Source: Anaeromyxobacteraceae bacterium
GTDB taxonomy: Bacteria; Myxococcota; Myxococcia; Myxococcales; Anaeromyxobacteraceae
Assembly: GCA_032654565.1 (NCBI GenBank)
Contig: JAULAX010000015.1
Coordinates: forward strand, 1,216,001-1,280,000
Length of the DNA: 64,000 nucleotides
Reading direction: 5' to 3'
Shown here: piece by piece, positions 29,608-44,200 of the stretch
Numbering within the stretch: the stretch's first letter is position 1
How the letters are laid out: each line of letters opens with the position of its first letter
Notes under the pieces: model-generated
The model's database searches: none
What the model was told of the DNA's origin: nothing
Seen by the model: only the letters and a program-made list of their open reading frames with translations
Position numbers and translations under genes: made by a program

Positions 29608-30209
29608 GCGGGATGTCGGTCGCCGACCCCATCGCCCGCCTGGTCCGGGAGCTGGCCCGCCTGCCCGGCATCGGGGAGAAGACGGCGCAGCGGCTCGCCT
29701 TCCACGTCCTCGAGGCCGGCCCGGAGCAGGCCCGGCTGCTGGCCGAGGCGGTGGTGGGGGTGGTGCGCGACGTGCGCTGCTGCTCCAGCTGCCAGACCCT
29801 CACCGAGCGTGATCCCTGCCCCATCTGCACCGACCCGGGGCGCGACGCCCGGATCATCTGCGTGGTGGAGGGGGTCCCCGACCTGCTGGCGGTGGAGCGG
29901 ACCCGCGAGTTCCGCGGCCGCTACCACGTGCTGCACGGCGCCCTCTCGCCGCTCGACGGCGTCGGGCCCGGCGACCTGAAGATCCGCGAGCTGCTGCTCC
30001 GGCTGGAGCGCGAGCCGGCCGAGGAGGTGCTGGTGGCCACCAACCCCAACATCGAGGGGGAGGCCACCGCGCTCTACCTGCAGCGGCTGCTCAAGCCGCT
30101 GGGGCTGCGGGTGACGCGCATCGCCCAGGGCATCCCCATGGGCGGCGACCTCGAGTACGCCGACCAGGCCACCCTGGCCCGGGCGGTGGCCGGCAGGAGG
30201 GAGCTGTGA
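29604..30209 (+). CDS. recR: Recombination mediator RecR
   Basis: [50 protein letters not shown] (alternative ATG at 29613). Confidence 0.97.
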   Translation: MSGMSVADPIARLVRELARLPGIGEKTAQRLAFHVLEAGPEQARLLAEAVVGVVRDVRCCSSCQTLTERDPCPICTDPGRDARIICVVEGVPDLLAVERTREFRGRYHVLHGALSPLDGVGPGDLKIRELLLRLEREPAEEVLVATNPNIEGEATALYLQRLLKPLGLRVTRIAQGIPMGGDLEYADQATLARAVAGRREL

Positions 30210-30262
30210 ACCGGGTGCGCGATATCGGGCGCCCCTATCGGCCGCCCCCGGGGACAGGAAGA

Positions 30263-30291
30263 TTGAAAGCCGAGCGTTTCCTTGGTATTCC
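30263..30291 (+). promoter_or_regulatory. Sigma70-type promoter for mglBA
   Basis: TTGAAA-N17-TATTCC with a TG extension. Confidence 0.45.
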
Positions 30292-30328
30292 GCGGGGTAC
30301 TCCGTAGCGACGTGGAGAGCGAAGGAAC

Positions 30329-30808
30329 ATGACTTCCGGCCTGGTGATGTACGAAGAGGAGTTCCGGCTCATTGCCGGGATCTGCGACCGGCTCACGCGT
30401 GATGCCAACGCCAAGGTCGTCTTCCTCGTCGACAAGAACGGGCAGCTCATCGCCGCCAGCGGCCAGGCGCAGAACCTCGACACCACCTCCCTGGCCTCGC
30501 TGACCGCCGGCAACGTCGCCGCCATGGGCGGCCTGGCCAAGCTGATCGGCGAGAAGGAGTTCCCCAACCAGTTCCACGAGGGCGAGAAGGAATCGCTCCA
30601 CATGAGCATCGTGGGCGGGCGGGTGGTGCTGGTGGTGATCTTCGACGCCAAGAGCTCGCTGGGGCTGGTGCGCCTGCGGGTGAAGAAGGCGGGCGAGGAG
30701 CTGGGCAAGGTCTTCGAGGTCCTGGCCAAGAAGCAGGCGGCCCCCGGCGCGGCCAGCCCCTTCGCCGAGATCACCGACGACGACATCGACAATCTCTTCA
30801 GCGAGTAG
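30329..30808 (+). CDS. mglB: Roadblock/LC7 GTPase-activating protein MglB
   Basis: [73 protein letters not shown]. Confidence 0.97.
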   Translation: MTSGLVMYEEEFRLIAGICDRLTRDANAKVVFLVDKNGQLIAASGQAQNLDTTSLASLTAGNVAAMGGLAKLIGEKEFPNQFHEGEKESLHMSIVGGRVVLVVIFDAKSSLGLVRLRVKKAGEELGKVFEVLAKKQAAPGAASPFAEITDDDIDNLFSE

Positions 30809-30810
30809 AC

Positions 30811-31398
<588 letters not shown>

Positions 31399-31506
31399 GT
31401 GTTCCTCCCGGGGTGTGCGACGCCGCTGCGCCTGCCCAGGGACGGTTCCCGGTGATATAAAGAACCGCTTTTTTCCGATCAGGTCGTCCTCCGATCGCAT
31501 GCGAGG

Positions 31507-32307
31507 GTGAACGTGCCGCGTCACTACCGATCCATCGCCGTGATGCTTCTCCTCCCTGGCCTGTTGCTCCCCTCCTCGGCGCGGGGCCAGGCGCCCGCCT
31601 CCACCCCGGCCGCGCCGGCCAAGCCCGGCGCCGCCCCAGCCAAGCCCGCCGCCGCCCCTGCCAAGGCCGGCGCAGCCCCTGCCAGGGCCGCCGCCGCCCC
31701 GGCCAAGCCCGCCGCCGCCGTCCGCCCGGCCCAGACCGCCGAGGAGCAGAACGACCTCAAGGTCCGGACCCTGGAGGAGCGGGTCACCGACCTCAAGGAG
31801 AAGGTCTTCCGGACCAAGGCCCGGCTCATGAACCTGCAGGAGATGGTCATCGGCGGGGACCTGACCACCGGGGCCAAGGCGGTGATCGTCCACCGCAATG
31901 AGATGGGCTCCTCGTTCTACCTGGAGTCGGTCACCTACGCCCTCGACGGCGCGCCCATCTACACCAAGGCCGACCTCGACGGCGATCTCGACAAGCGCGA
32001 CGAGTTCGAGGTCTTCAACGGCCGCATCGTGCCCGGCAACCACCAGCTGGCGGTGCAGATGGTCTTCCGCGGCCACGGCTTCGGGCTCTTCAGCTACCTG
32101 CGCGACTACAAGTTCAAGACCCAGTCGGCCTACACCATCGACGCCGAGGCGGGGAAGGTGATCACCCTCAAGGTGATCGGCTACGAGAAGGGGGGCTTCA
32201 CCTCCGAGCTCAAGGACCGCCCCAACATCAAGTACGAGCAGGAGATCCAGCGCGAGGAGACCAGCCCGAAGAAGGCCGGGCCCGCGCCGGAAGGCGCCAG
32301 GAAGTGA
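31507..32307 (+). CDS. Secreted protein: AAPAK repeats, coiled coil and beta-sandwich domain
   Basis: Signal-like N-terminus (start may be ATG ~31542), heptad AAPAK-type repeats, LEERV.DLKEKVFR coiled coil; GTGA overlap with next gene. Confidence 0.8.
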   Translation: MNVPRHYRSIAVMLLLPGLLLPSSARGQAPASTPAAPAKPGAAPAKPAAAPAKAGAAPARAAAAPAKPAAAVRPAQTAEEQNDLKVRTLEERVTDLKEKVFRTKARLMNLQEMVIGGDLTTGAKAVIVHRNEMGSSFYLESVTYALDGAPIYTKADLDGDLDKRDEFEVFNGRIVPGNHQLAVQMVFRGHGFGLFSYLRDYKFKTQSAYTIDAEAGKVITLKVIGYEKGGFTSELKDRPNIKYEQEIQREETSPKKAGPAPEGARK

Positions 32308-34627
32308 TCCTGGGCGGACCAGGCTGGACCGCGGCGGCGCTGGCGCTGGTCGTGGCCCTCTGGGCGCCCGGTCCCGCGGCCGCGGCCGGACCGGACGGCG
32401 TCGAGCCCGAGGTGGCCGCCGTCGAGGCCCGGCTGGAGCAGGTCGAGAAGATCTCGGCGCGCCCCGACGTGTCGGCCCCGGCCCGGGCCCGCCACCAGTA
32501 CTCCGACGGCGAGACCCAGTTCCTGCTGGGCGACTGGCTGCACGCCGCGGTGCTGCTCTACGGCGCCCTCGACGACGCCGAGTTCCGCGCCGGCGCCGAC
32601 GCCCCCCGGGCGCTGCTCTACCTCGGCGACGCGCTCCGCAACCAGGGGGCCTGCGGCGCCGCGCTCCCCGCCTACGACGAGCTGCTCCGCGGAGGCGCCT
32701 CGGCGCTCCAGGGGGCGGCGCTGACCGGCGCCCTCGACTGCCGGGTCCGCCTGCGGAGGTTCGAGGGGGTCCAGCCGCTGCTCGAGGCCGCCCAGGCCCT
32801 GGTCAAGGACGGCCAGCCGGCCGAGCTGGCCTACCTGGTGGGCAAGGCCTCCTACTTCCGCGCCGACCTGCGGCCGGTGGAGCGGCGGGAGCGGGCCCTG
32901 GCCGCGCTCGCGGCCGTCGGGCCGCCCCGGCACCTGGCCGCCACCTACTTCCAGGGCGCCCTGCAGGTGGAGGCCGGGCAGCTCGAGGCCGCCGCCGAGC
33001 GCTTCGAGGCCTGCGTCAAGCTGCAGGGCAACGACGCCGGGCAGGTGGAGATCCGCGAGCTCTGCGCCATGGGGGCGGCGCGGGTCTACGCCGCCCAGCG
33101 GAGGTTCAACGACTCGCTCGACCGCTACCTGCTGGTCCCCTACACCTCGCCGCGCTTCAACGAGGCGCTCTACGAGGTGGCCTGGGGCTACGTCCGCGCC
33201 GACAACCACGAGGAGGCGCTGCGCACCGCGGCCATGATCGTGGACCTGGCCCCGGAGTCGCAGCTGGCCCCCGAGGCCACCATCCTCACCGGCCACCTCA
33301 ACCTGCGGCTGGGCCGGTACGCCGCCGCCGGCGAGTCGTTCAACAAGGTGATCAACAACTACGCCCCGGTGCGCGACGAGATCGACGCCATCCTCACCAT
33401 GCACGAGGACCCGGTCCGCTACTTCAACGAGCTGATCGGCCGGCAGGGGAAGGCCTTCGACGTCGGCTCGGTGCTGCCGCCCCTGGCGGTCAAGTGGGCC
33501 TCGGCGCAGAAGGACGTGGGCGGGGCGCTCGACCTGGTGGTGGCCCTCGACGGCGCCCGGCAGGACCTGGACGACTCGCTCCACGTCATCGACCGGATCG
33601 AGGCGCTGCTGCTCCGCGGCGGCGGCCTCGACGCCGTGCCGGCGGCCCGCGACGGCTGGATCAGCGCCGACTCGGTGGCCAACGGCACGGCGCGGGCGCG
33701 GGGGCGGCTGGCCGACCGGGCCGCCGAGCGGGTGGCGCCGCTGCTGGCGCCGGACCAGCGGGGCGAGCTGGAGCGGCTGCGCGCCGCCCGCCGCGCCCTG
33801 CAGCCGCGCCTCGACACCCTGGCGCGGAGCGCCGCCGAGGTGGAGGCCCGGGCCCGGCGGATGCGGGCCCGCGTCGAGGAGGCCGAGAAGGCCGCCTTCC
33901 AGCTCGGCCTGCAGGCCGACGCCGCCGGGGCCTCGGTGGCCGGTACCGAGGTCTGGCTGAACCAGCACCGCGCCGAGATCCAGGCCGACGCCACCGGGCG
34001 CGGCGAGCTGGTGGCCGAGCTGCGCAAGCACCGCGGCTTCGTGGCCGGCTACAACGAGAGCCTGCGGGCCCTGCGGCGGGAGATCGCCGCCGCCCGCGAC
34101 GCCGTGGGCGGGACCGCCCAGGCCGCCGGCGACGCCAGCCTGCGCCAGGAGTACCAGGCGCTGCTGGAGCAGGAGGAGGTCCTGGTGGGGCCGGCCCAGG
34201 CCCGGCTGGCGGGCCAGGCCGCCGCCGAGCGGGTCGCCGACGCCGCCCTCGCCGAGCGGCTGGCCAGGGTCGACGCCGGCGCGGAGCGGCTCAAGGCCGG
34301 GTTCGAGGCGGTGGCCAGCGGGCACGCCACCGCGGTGGGCGGCCTCATCGCCGCCGAGCGGGCCGGGCTGGTGCGGCAGGAGGAGCAGCTGGCCTCCATC
34401 GACGGCGAGGCCAGGGACATCATCGGGCGCATCGCCTTCCGCTCCTTCAGCGCCGTCCGCGCCCAGTTCTACCGGCTGGTGCTCAAGGCCGACGTCGGCA
34501 TCGTCGACGTGGCCTGGTCGCGAAAGCGGGAGCGGGTGGACCGGATCCAGCAGATCTCCAGGCAGAAGGCCACCGAGCTCGAGGCCCTCGACCGCGACTA
34601 CAAGCTGGTGCTGCGGGAGATCGACTA

Positions 34628-34628
<1 letters not shown>
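32304..34628 (+). CDS. Secreted TPR / coiled-coil protein (GltC/NfsC-like by position, tentative)
   Basis: Signal peptide, TPR helices (EALYEVAWG), long coiled-coil C-terminus; overlaps both neighbours. Confidence 0.75.
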
Positions 34629-38062
<3,434 letters not shown>

Positions 38063-38090
38063 TCGGACCGGCCCGTCCCCGAGGATCCTC

Positions 38091-39572
38091 ATGAAGCCAC
38101 CCCCGCTCGTCACCACCGTCCTCCTGGCGCTCCAGGCCCTGCTGGCGTCCTGCGCCGGCGCGCAGAAGCCGGCGCCGGTGGAGGTGGTCGCGCCCGCCGT
38201 CGAACCCGGGGGCGCCGAGGCGCCGGCGCTGCTCCGTCCCTCGCCGGGCCCGCCCCCGACGGCGGGCGCCGAGCCGGCGGCGCCCAAGGTCCGCCCCACG
38301 GTCTCGCCGGAGGTGGAGAAGCGGGCCCGCGCCCAGTTCGAGCACGCCGTGAAGCTGCAGCGGCTCGGCGATCTCGACGGGGCCGCCGCGGTCTTCGAGG
38401 CGGTCCGCCGCACCGGCGCCGACCTGCCGTGGGCCGGCTTCAACGCCGGCCTGGTGCAGGAGCGGCTGGGCCGGCCCGAGCGCGCCGCGGCGCTGTACGA
38501 GGGCACCGTGGAGGACTTCCCCGACTTCACCCCGGCCGGCCAGAACCTGGTCCGGCTCTGGCTGCGCCAGGGACGGCCCCACGCCCAGGTGGAGCAGGAG
38601 CTGCGGGCCCGGCTGGCCCGCGCCGACGGGGTGGCGCTGCGGGTCGGGCTGGTCGAGGTGCTGCTGGCCGCGGGCCGGGACGCCGCCGCCGAGGAGGAGT
38701 GCAAGCGGGCCCTCAAGGCGGACGAGAAGAACATCCCGGCCATGGTGGCGCTGGCCACCGTCTACTCGGCCCGCAAGCGCTTCGAGCTGGCCCGCATGGT
38801 GCTGGAGAACGCCCGCCAGCTGGACGGGAACGACCCGGCCATCTGGAACCGGCTCGGCTTCGTGGAGATGGCGCTCGGCAACCGGCCCCAGGCCATCGAG
38901 GACTTCAAGACCGCCGCCTCGCTGCGCCCCGACTACCCGGAGGCCCACGCCAACTACGGCGCCATCCTCGCCGACGCCGACGACTTCGCGGCGGCGGCGC
39001 AGGAGCTGGAGCTGGCCGTCACGTACGCGCCCGGCTCGGCGGCGGCCTGGCTCGACCTCGGCAACGCCTACCGCGGCCTGCAGGCCTTCGAGAAGTCCGA
39101 GGCCGCCTACCAGAAGGCCCTCCAGCTCGATCCCGCGCTCAACGACGCCCGCTTCAACCTGGCGGTGCTCTACCTCGACGTGGCGCGGGAGGGGCTGCCG
39201 ACCCTGCAGCGGCTGGAGCGGGGGCTGGCCTGGTTCGACGAGTTCGAGAAGGGCGGCGGCAAGGAGCCGCGGGTGGCCGCCTACCGGAAGGACACCGCCC
39301 GCGAGCTGGACCGGGAGCGGAAGCGGCTGGTGCGCGAGGAGAAGGACCGGATCCGCAAGGAGGGCGAGGCGAGGAAGGCGGCCGAGGAGGAGGCCCGCCG
39401 GCAGGAGGAGGCGCGCCGGGCCGCTACGCCCGCCCCGGCCGCGGCGGCGCCGACCCCCCGAGTGCCCGTGACGCCGGCCCCCGGTTCGGGGCAGAATGCA
39501 GGGGCCCCGGCCGCCCCGCCGCCGGCCGACGCCGGCGCAGAGGGCAAGCTCAAGGAAGGAGGGGACAGGTGA
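38091..39572 (+). CDS. TPR lipoprotein, GltE/AglT/NfsE paralogue
   Basis: Lipobox LASC, ALKADE.N..AMVALA.VY...ELARMVL, AHANYG, DLGNAYRG, FNLAVLYLD, charged/Pro tail. Confidence 0.8.
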   Translation: MKPPPLVTTVLLALQALLASCAGAQKPAPVEVVAPAVEPGGAEAPALLRPSPGPPPTAGAEPAAPKVRPTVSPEVEKRARAQFEHAVKLQRLGDLDGAAAVFEAVRRTGADLPWAGFNAGLVQERLGRPERAAALYEGTVEDFPDFTPAGQNLVRLWLRQGRPHAQVEQELRARLARADGVALRVGLVEVLLAAGRDAAAEEECKRALKADEKNIPAMVALATVYSARKRFELARMVLENARQLDGNDPAIWNRLGFVEMALGNRPQAIEDFKTAASLRPDYPEAHANYGAILADADDFAAAAQELELAVTYAPGSAAAWLDLGNAYRGLQAFEKSEAAYQKALQLDPALNDARFNLAVLYLDVAREGLPTLQRLERGLAWFDEFEKGGGKEPRVAAYRKDTARELDRERKRLVREEKDRIRKEGEARKAAEEEARRQEEARRAATPAPAAAAPTPRVPVTPAPGSGQNAGAPAAPPPADAGAEGKLKEGGDR

Positions 39573-39859
39573 GGTGGATCCGGTCGCTGGTGGCGCTCTG
39601 CGGCGCCGCGCTCACCGTCGGCCTGGCCTCCCCGGGGCGGGTCGAGGCCGCCCCCACGGACAAGGTGGCGGCCGCCAAGGACAAGAAGGGCGCGCCCACC
39701 AAGATCCTGCGGCTGGAGGAGATGAAGGTGGAGGGCCGGATCCAGAAGCCCCAGGCGATGTTCCTGATGCCGCGGGCCAACCTGAACATCGGGGAGCTGG
39801 ACCGCTCCGAGCCGTTCCTCCCCAAGGTCTCCAAGGCGGTCACGAAGTCCCCGTTCTGA
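39569..39859 (+). CDS. Small secreted protein, GltF/NfsF-like
   Basis: GGAGG RBS, GTG overlapping previous stop, signal peptide, VEGRIQKP motif, ends ..F..KV..SPF. Confidence 0.75.
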   Translation: MRWIRSLVALCGAALTVGLASPGRVEAAPTDKVAAAKDKKGAPTKILRLEEMKVEGRIQKPQAMFLMPRANLNIGELDRSEPFLPKVSKAVTKSPF

Positions 39860-39895
39860 TCTGAACCCGGCGTCAACGAGGCAGGTGAAAGCGCG

Positions 39896-41248
39896 ATGGC
39901 GGCTCCGCAGTCCAAGGTGCTTCGACTGGGCGTGATCCAGGGCGGCAAGATCGTCGAGGAGCGCCTGGTCACGGCGCGCCAGCCGGTCACGCTCGGGACC
40001 AACGCCCGGAACACCATCGTGGTCCCGCTCTCCAACCTCCCCGACTCCTTCACCGCCTTCACCGTCCACGGCGACGGCTACCTGCTCTGCTTCGAGGAGG
40101 GGATGGAAGGGCGGGTGCAGGACGACCAGGGGGCCGCCGACTTCGCCGCCCTGGTGGCGCAGGGGAAGGCCCGCAAGGAAGGGAAGGGGCACGCCGTCCC
40201 GGTCACCGACGCCCAGCGCGGCCGGCTCACCATCGGCGAGGTGACGCTGCTCTGGCAGTTCGTGGTGCCGCCCCCCGAGGCGCCCCGGCCGGTGCTGCCG
40301 CCCGACGCCCGCGGCAACCGCTTCAAGAGCATGGACCGGCTCTTCGGCACCGTGCTGGCGGTCTCCTTCCTCACCCACGGCGGCCTCTACGTGGCCCTGG
40401 CCAGCGCCGACCTGCCGCCCGAGGTGACCATCGAGCAGATCCCCGACCGCTACGCCAGGCTGCTGGTCCCCGACCGGCAGCCGGTGGCGCCGGTGGAGAA
40501 GAAGGACGAGACCCGGGCGGCCGCCGAGGAGAAGAAGGTCGAGGAGAAGCGGCCCGAGGCCGACGGCAAGAAGGCCGAGAAGAAGGCCGAGACCACCGAG
40601 CAGGCGGCGGCGCGCAAGGCGGCGCGCTCCGCGGCGGTGGCCAAGGCGGTGCAGGGCAAGGGCATGCTCAAGGTGCTGGGCGCGCTCGGGCCGGGGAGCG
40701 GCGGCGGGGCGGTGGCCGACGTCTTTGGCGCCGGCGGCGGGATGACCGACGTGGCCACGGCCCTCTCCGGCGCCGGCGGCGTGGCCATGGCCACCGATCC
40801 GGGCGCCGGGGGCGGGCGCAAGGGGGGCGGGCAGGGCGGGGCGGCCAGCATCGGCGACCTCGCCACCAGCGGCGGCGGCGCCGTCGCCTACGGCTCCAAG
40901 ACCGAGGTCAAGGTCACCGGCACGGTGGCCACCGAGGCCGCCGAGATCGACTCGAGCGACATCGACCAGGGGAAGCTGAGCGCCTTCGTGCGGGCGCGCA
41001 TGGGGCTGATCAAGGCCTGCTACGAGAACGCCCTGAAGCGGAACCCCGGCCTGAAGGGCAAGGTGGTGATCCGCTTCACCATCCTCGAGACCGGCGGCGT
41101 GGCCGACGTGGGCGCCTCCCAGAACACCCTGGGCGCGCCCGACGTGGCGGCCTGCATCATGAACACCATGCGCACCTGGCGCACCCAGTTCCGCCCCAGC
41201 GGCCCGGTCTCGGTCGAGTACCCCTTCCTCTTCACGCCGTCCAACTGA
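39896..41248 (+). CDS. TonB/TolA-like energy transducer, GltG/PglI/NfsG paralogue
   Basis: FHA-like N-terminus (VTLGT..NTIV), single TM helix with SxxxH (SFLTH), charged/Gly linker, C-terminal IKACYE.ALK..P.L.GKV...F.I..C..W.....V.YPF.F (AgmX/PglI C-terminal TonB_C-like). Confidence 0.85.
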   Translation: MAAPQSKVLRLGVIQGGKIVEERLVTARQPVTLGTNARNTIVVPLSNLPDSFTAFTVHGDGYLLCFEEGMEGRVQDDQGAADFAALVAQGKARKEGKGHAVPVTDAQRGRLTIGEVTLLWQFVVPPPEAPRPVLPPDARGNRFKSMDRLFGTVLAVSFLTHGGLYVALASADLPPEVTIEQIPDRYARLLVPDRQPVAPVEKKDETRAAAEEKKVEEKRPEADGKKAEKKAETTEQAAARKAARSAAVAKAVQGKGMLKVLGALGPGSGGGAVADVFGAGGGMTDVATALSGAGGVAMATDPGAGGGRKGGGQGGAASIGDLATSGGGAVAYGSKTEVKVTGTVATEAAEIDSSDIDQGKLSAFVRARMGLIKACYENALKRNPGLKGKVVIRFTILETGGVADVGASQNTLGAPDVAACIMNTMRTWRTQFRPSGPVSVEYPFLFTPSN

Positions 41249-41269
41249 GCGGCGCCTCTCCCCGGGCAC

Positions 41270-44200
41270 ATGCTCCACCTCCTCCTCTCCTTCACGCTCG
41301 GCGCGGGCGCGCTCTCCAACTTCCCGCGCGACGCCGGGGGCCGGGTCACGCACTCGGCGGTGGGGGTGAGCTTCGACGGGACCCCGGTGGTGGTGGTCTC
41401 GGCGGGGGACCGGGTGGCCGCCTTCCGCGGCGACGGCGCCCCGGTGGCCGGCTTCCCCTTCGTCCTCCCCGACGGCGAGCTGCTGGCCGGCGCGCCGGCG
41501 GCGGCCGATCTCGACGGTGATCGCCGGCCGGAGATCGCGGTGGTGACGGTGACCGGCAAGGTCTACCTCTGGAGCGGCGGCGGCGTCGCCCCCGGCTTCC
41601 CGGTGTCGCTCCAGGCCCGGGCCCGGGCCGGGGCCTCGTTCGCCGACGTGGACGGCGACGGCAAGCTGGAGCTGCTGGTGGGCGACGAGCAGGGGCGGGT
41701 GCACGCCTTCAAGCGCAGCGGCGCGCCGGCCCGCGGCTTCCCCATCCAGGGCGGCCGCGCCGCCGTCACCAGCTCCATCTCCAGCAGCCGCTTCGCCGGG
41801 GGGCCGTCGCTGGCCTGGGGCACCGAGGACGGCAAGGTCCAGGTCACCTCCGGCGCCGGCAAGGCCCGGCCCGGCTTCCCGCTGGCCACCGGCTTCGCCG
41901 TCACCGGCGCCCCGGTCTTCGCCGACCTCGACGACGACGGGGCCATGGACCTGCTGGTGGGCAGCCAGGACTTCAAGCTCTACGCGGTGGACGCCCAGGG
42001 GCGGGCCCTGCCCGGCTTCCCGGTGGCGGCCGGCTACCGCATCTACGAGGCCCCGGCGGTGGCCGACCTCGACGGCGACCGGCGGCTCGACGTGATCTTC
42101 GCCTCGGCCGACGGCCTGCTGCACGCCGTCGACCACGCCGGCCAGCGGCTCAAGGGCTTCCCGGTGCGGGTCGGGCCGCGCCTCTTCGGCGGGCCGGCGG
42201 TGGGCGACGTCGACCGAAACGGGGCCCTGGAGGTGGTGGTGGTGGCGGCCGATGGCGCCGTGGCGGTGATCAGCGGCGCCGGGCGGAGCCCGGGCGGCTT
42301 CCCGGCCTCGCTGGGCGAGATCGAGGTGGCCGCCTCGCCGCTCCTCCATGACCTGCCCGGCGACGGCGGGCTGGCCATCCTGGTGGGGACGCCGCAGGGG
42401 CGGCTGCACGGCCTGCGCGCCACCCGCGCCGGCGCGGTGGCGGCGGGTGCGGCGGCGGCGCCGTGGCCGGCGCCGGGGCACGACCCCGCCCGCAGCGGCC
42501 GCCACGGCCCCAACCCGCCGTCCTACAAGGACCTGGTGCTCACGCCCGAGGCGCCCCGCCTGGCCGACGGCCTGCGGGCCGCCTGGCGCGCCACCTGGCT
42601 CGACGCCGGCCCTGGGGAGGCCATCCCCGCCCCCCGCCTGGAGTGGCTGCGCAACGGCAAGCCGGTGCCCGGGCTGGAGGGGCGGGCCGCGCTGCCGCCC
42701 GGCACCGCCCGGCGCGGCGAGCGCTGGCGCTTCACGCTGGCGGCGGCCGGGAGCGCCGTGTGGGTGGAGAGCGCCGAGCGGCGCATCCTCGACACCGCCC
42801 CCGGCGCACCCAGGGTGAAGCTGGAGCCGGCGGTGCCGGGGCGGGGGGCGCCGGTCCGGGCGGTGATCACCGCGCCGGCCGTCGATCCCGACGGCGACGC
42901 CGTCAGCTACCGGATCGACTGGCTGCTCGACGGGCTGGAGACCGGGGTGACCGGCGAGACCTTCCCCGGCGACCGGCTGCGGCGGGGGCTGCTGCTCACC
43001 GCCCGGGTGGTGGCCAGCGACGGCGAGCTGGAGGCCGAGCCGGCCCTGGCCGAGGCCCGGGTGGCCAACACCGCGCCGGGTGCGCTGGTGGTGGCCCTGG
43101 AGCCGGCCCCGCCGCGCCGCGCCGACCTGCTGCGCGCCCAGCTGGTCCGGCCGGCGACCGACGTCGACGGCGACCGGCTCACCTACCGCCACCGCTGGAC
43201 GGTCGACGGCAAGCCGCTGGACCTGCCGCTCTCGGCGGCCGAGGTGCCGGCCGGCCTGCTGCGCAAGCACCGGGTGGCCCGGGTGGAGGTGCGGGCCTTC
43301 GACGGCGAGCTGGAGGGGCCGCCGGTGACCGCCGAGGTGGAGGTGCGCAACACGCCGCCCGGGACCCCCCGGCTGGAGATCCGCCCGCCCCGCCCCCGTC
43401 ACGGCGAGGCGCTGCGCGCCGTGCTCACCGCCCCGGCCGAGGACGCCGACGCCGATCCGCTGACCTATGCCTACAGCTGGACCAAGAACGGCCAGCCGCT
43501 GCCGCTGGCCGGCGATCCGCGCGAGGTGCCCGGGGCCCAGGTGCAGCGCGGCGATCGCTTCGAGGTCACCGCCCAGGCCTTCGACGGCGAGGAGAAGGGG
43601 GCGCGGGCCTCGGCCATCGTCACCGCCGTCAACACCCCGCCGGAGCCGCCGCGGGTGGCCATCGAGCCGCGCCACCCCCGGGGCGGCGAGACGCTGAGGA
43701 TGGTGGTGACCTCGCCGGCCCGCGACGCCGACGGCGATCCGGTCAAGCTCAACGTCGGCTGGACCCGGGAGGGGAAGCTGGCCAGCGCGGGCGCCGACAC
43801 CCTGGCGCCGGCGCTCTTCCGCAAGCACGAGCGGGTGCGGGTGGTGGTGACGCCGGCCGACGGCATCGAGTCGGGCGTGCCCGCCACCGACGAGGTGCTG
43901 GTGGAGAACGCGCCGCCCGGCGCCCCCGGCGTGGTCCTGGCCCCGGCCCGCCCCACCGCCGGGGAGCCGCTGCGGGCCATCGTCCAGGTTCCGGCCGACG
44001 ACCCCGACGGCGACCGGGTCAGCTACCGCTACCGCTGGCTGCGCGACGGCGCGCCGGTCCACCTGCCGGGGCCGGACGGCGGCCAGGAGCCGGGCTGGAC
44101 CAGCGTCAACGAGGCGCCGGCCAACCTGCTGGCCCGCGGCCAGCGCTGGGAGGTGGAGGTCCAGGCCTTCGACGGCGAGGTCCACGGCGCCTCGGGCCGG

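Noticed and set aside
31590..31720. 21-bp tandem repeats
   Set aside because: They encode a degenerate AAPAK low-complexity linker within a CDS and are not an independent element.
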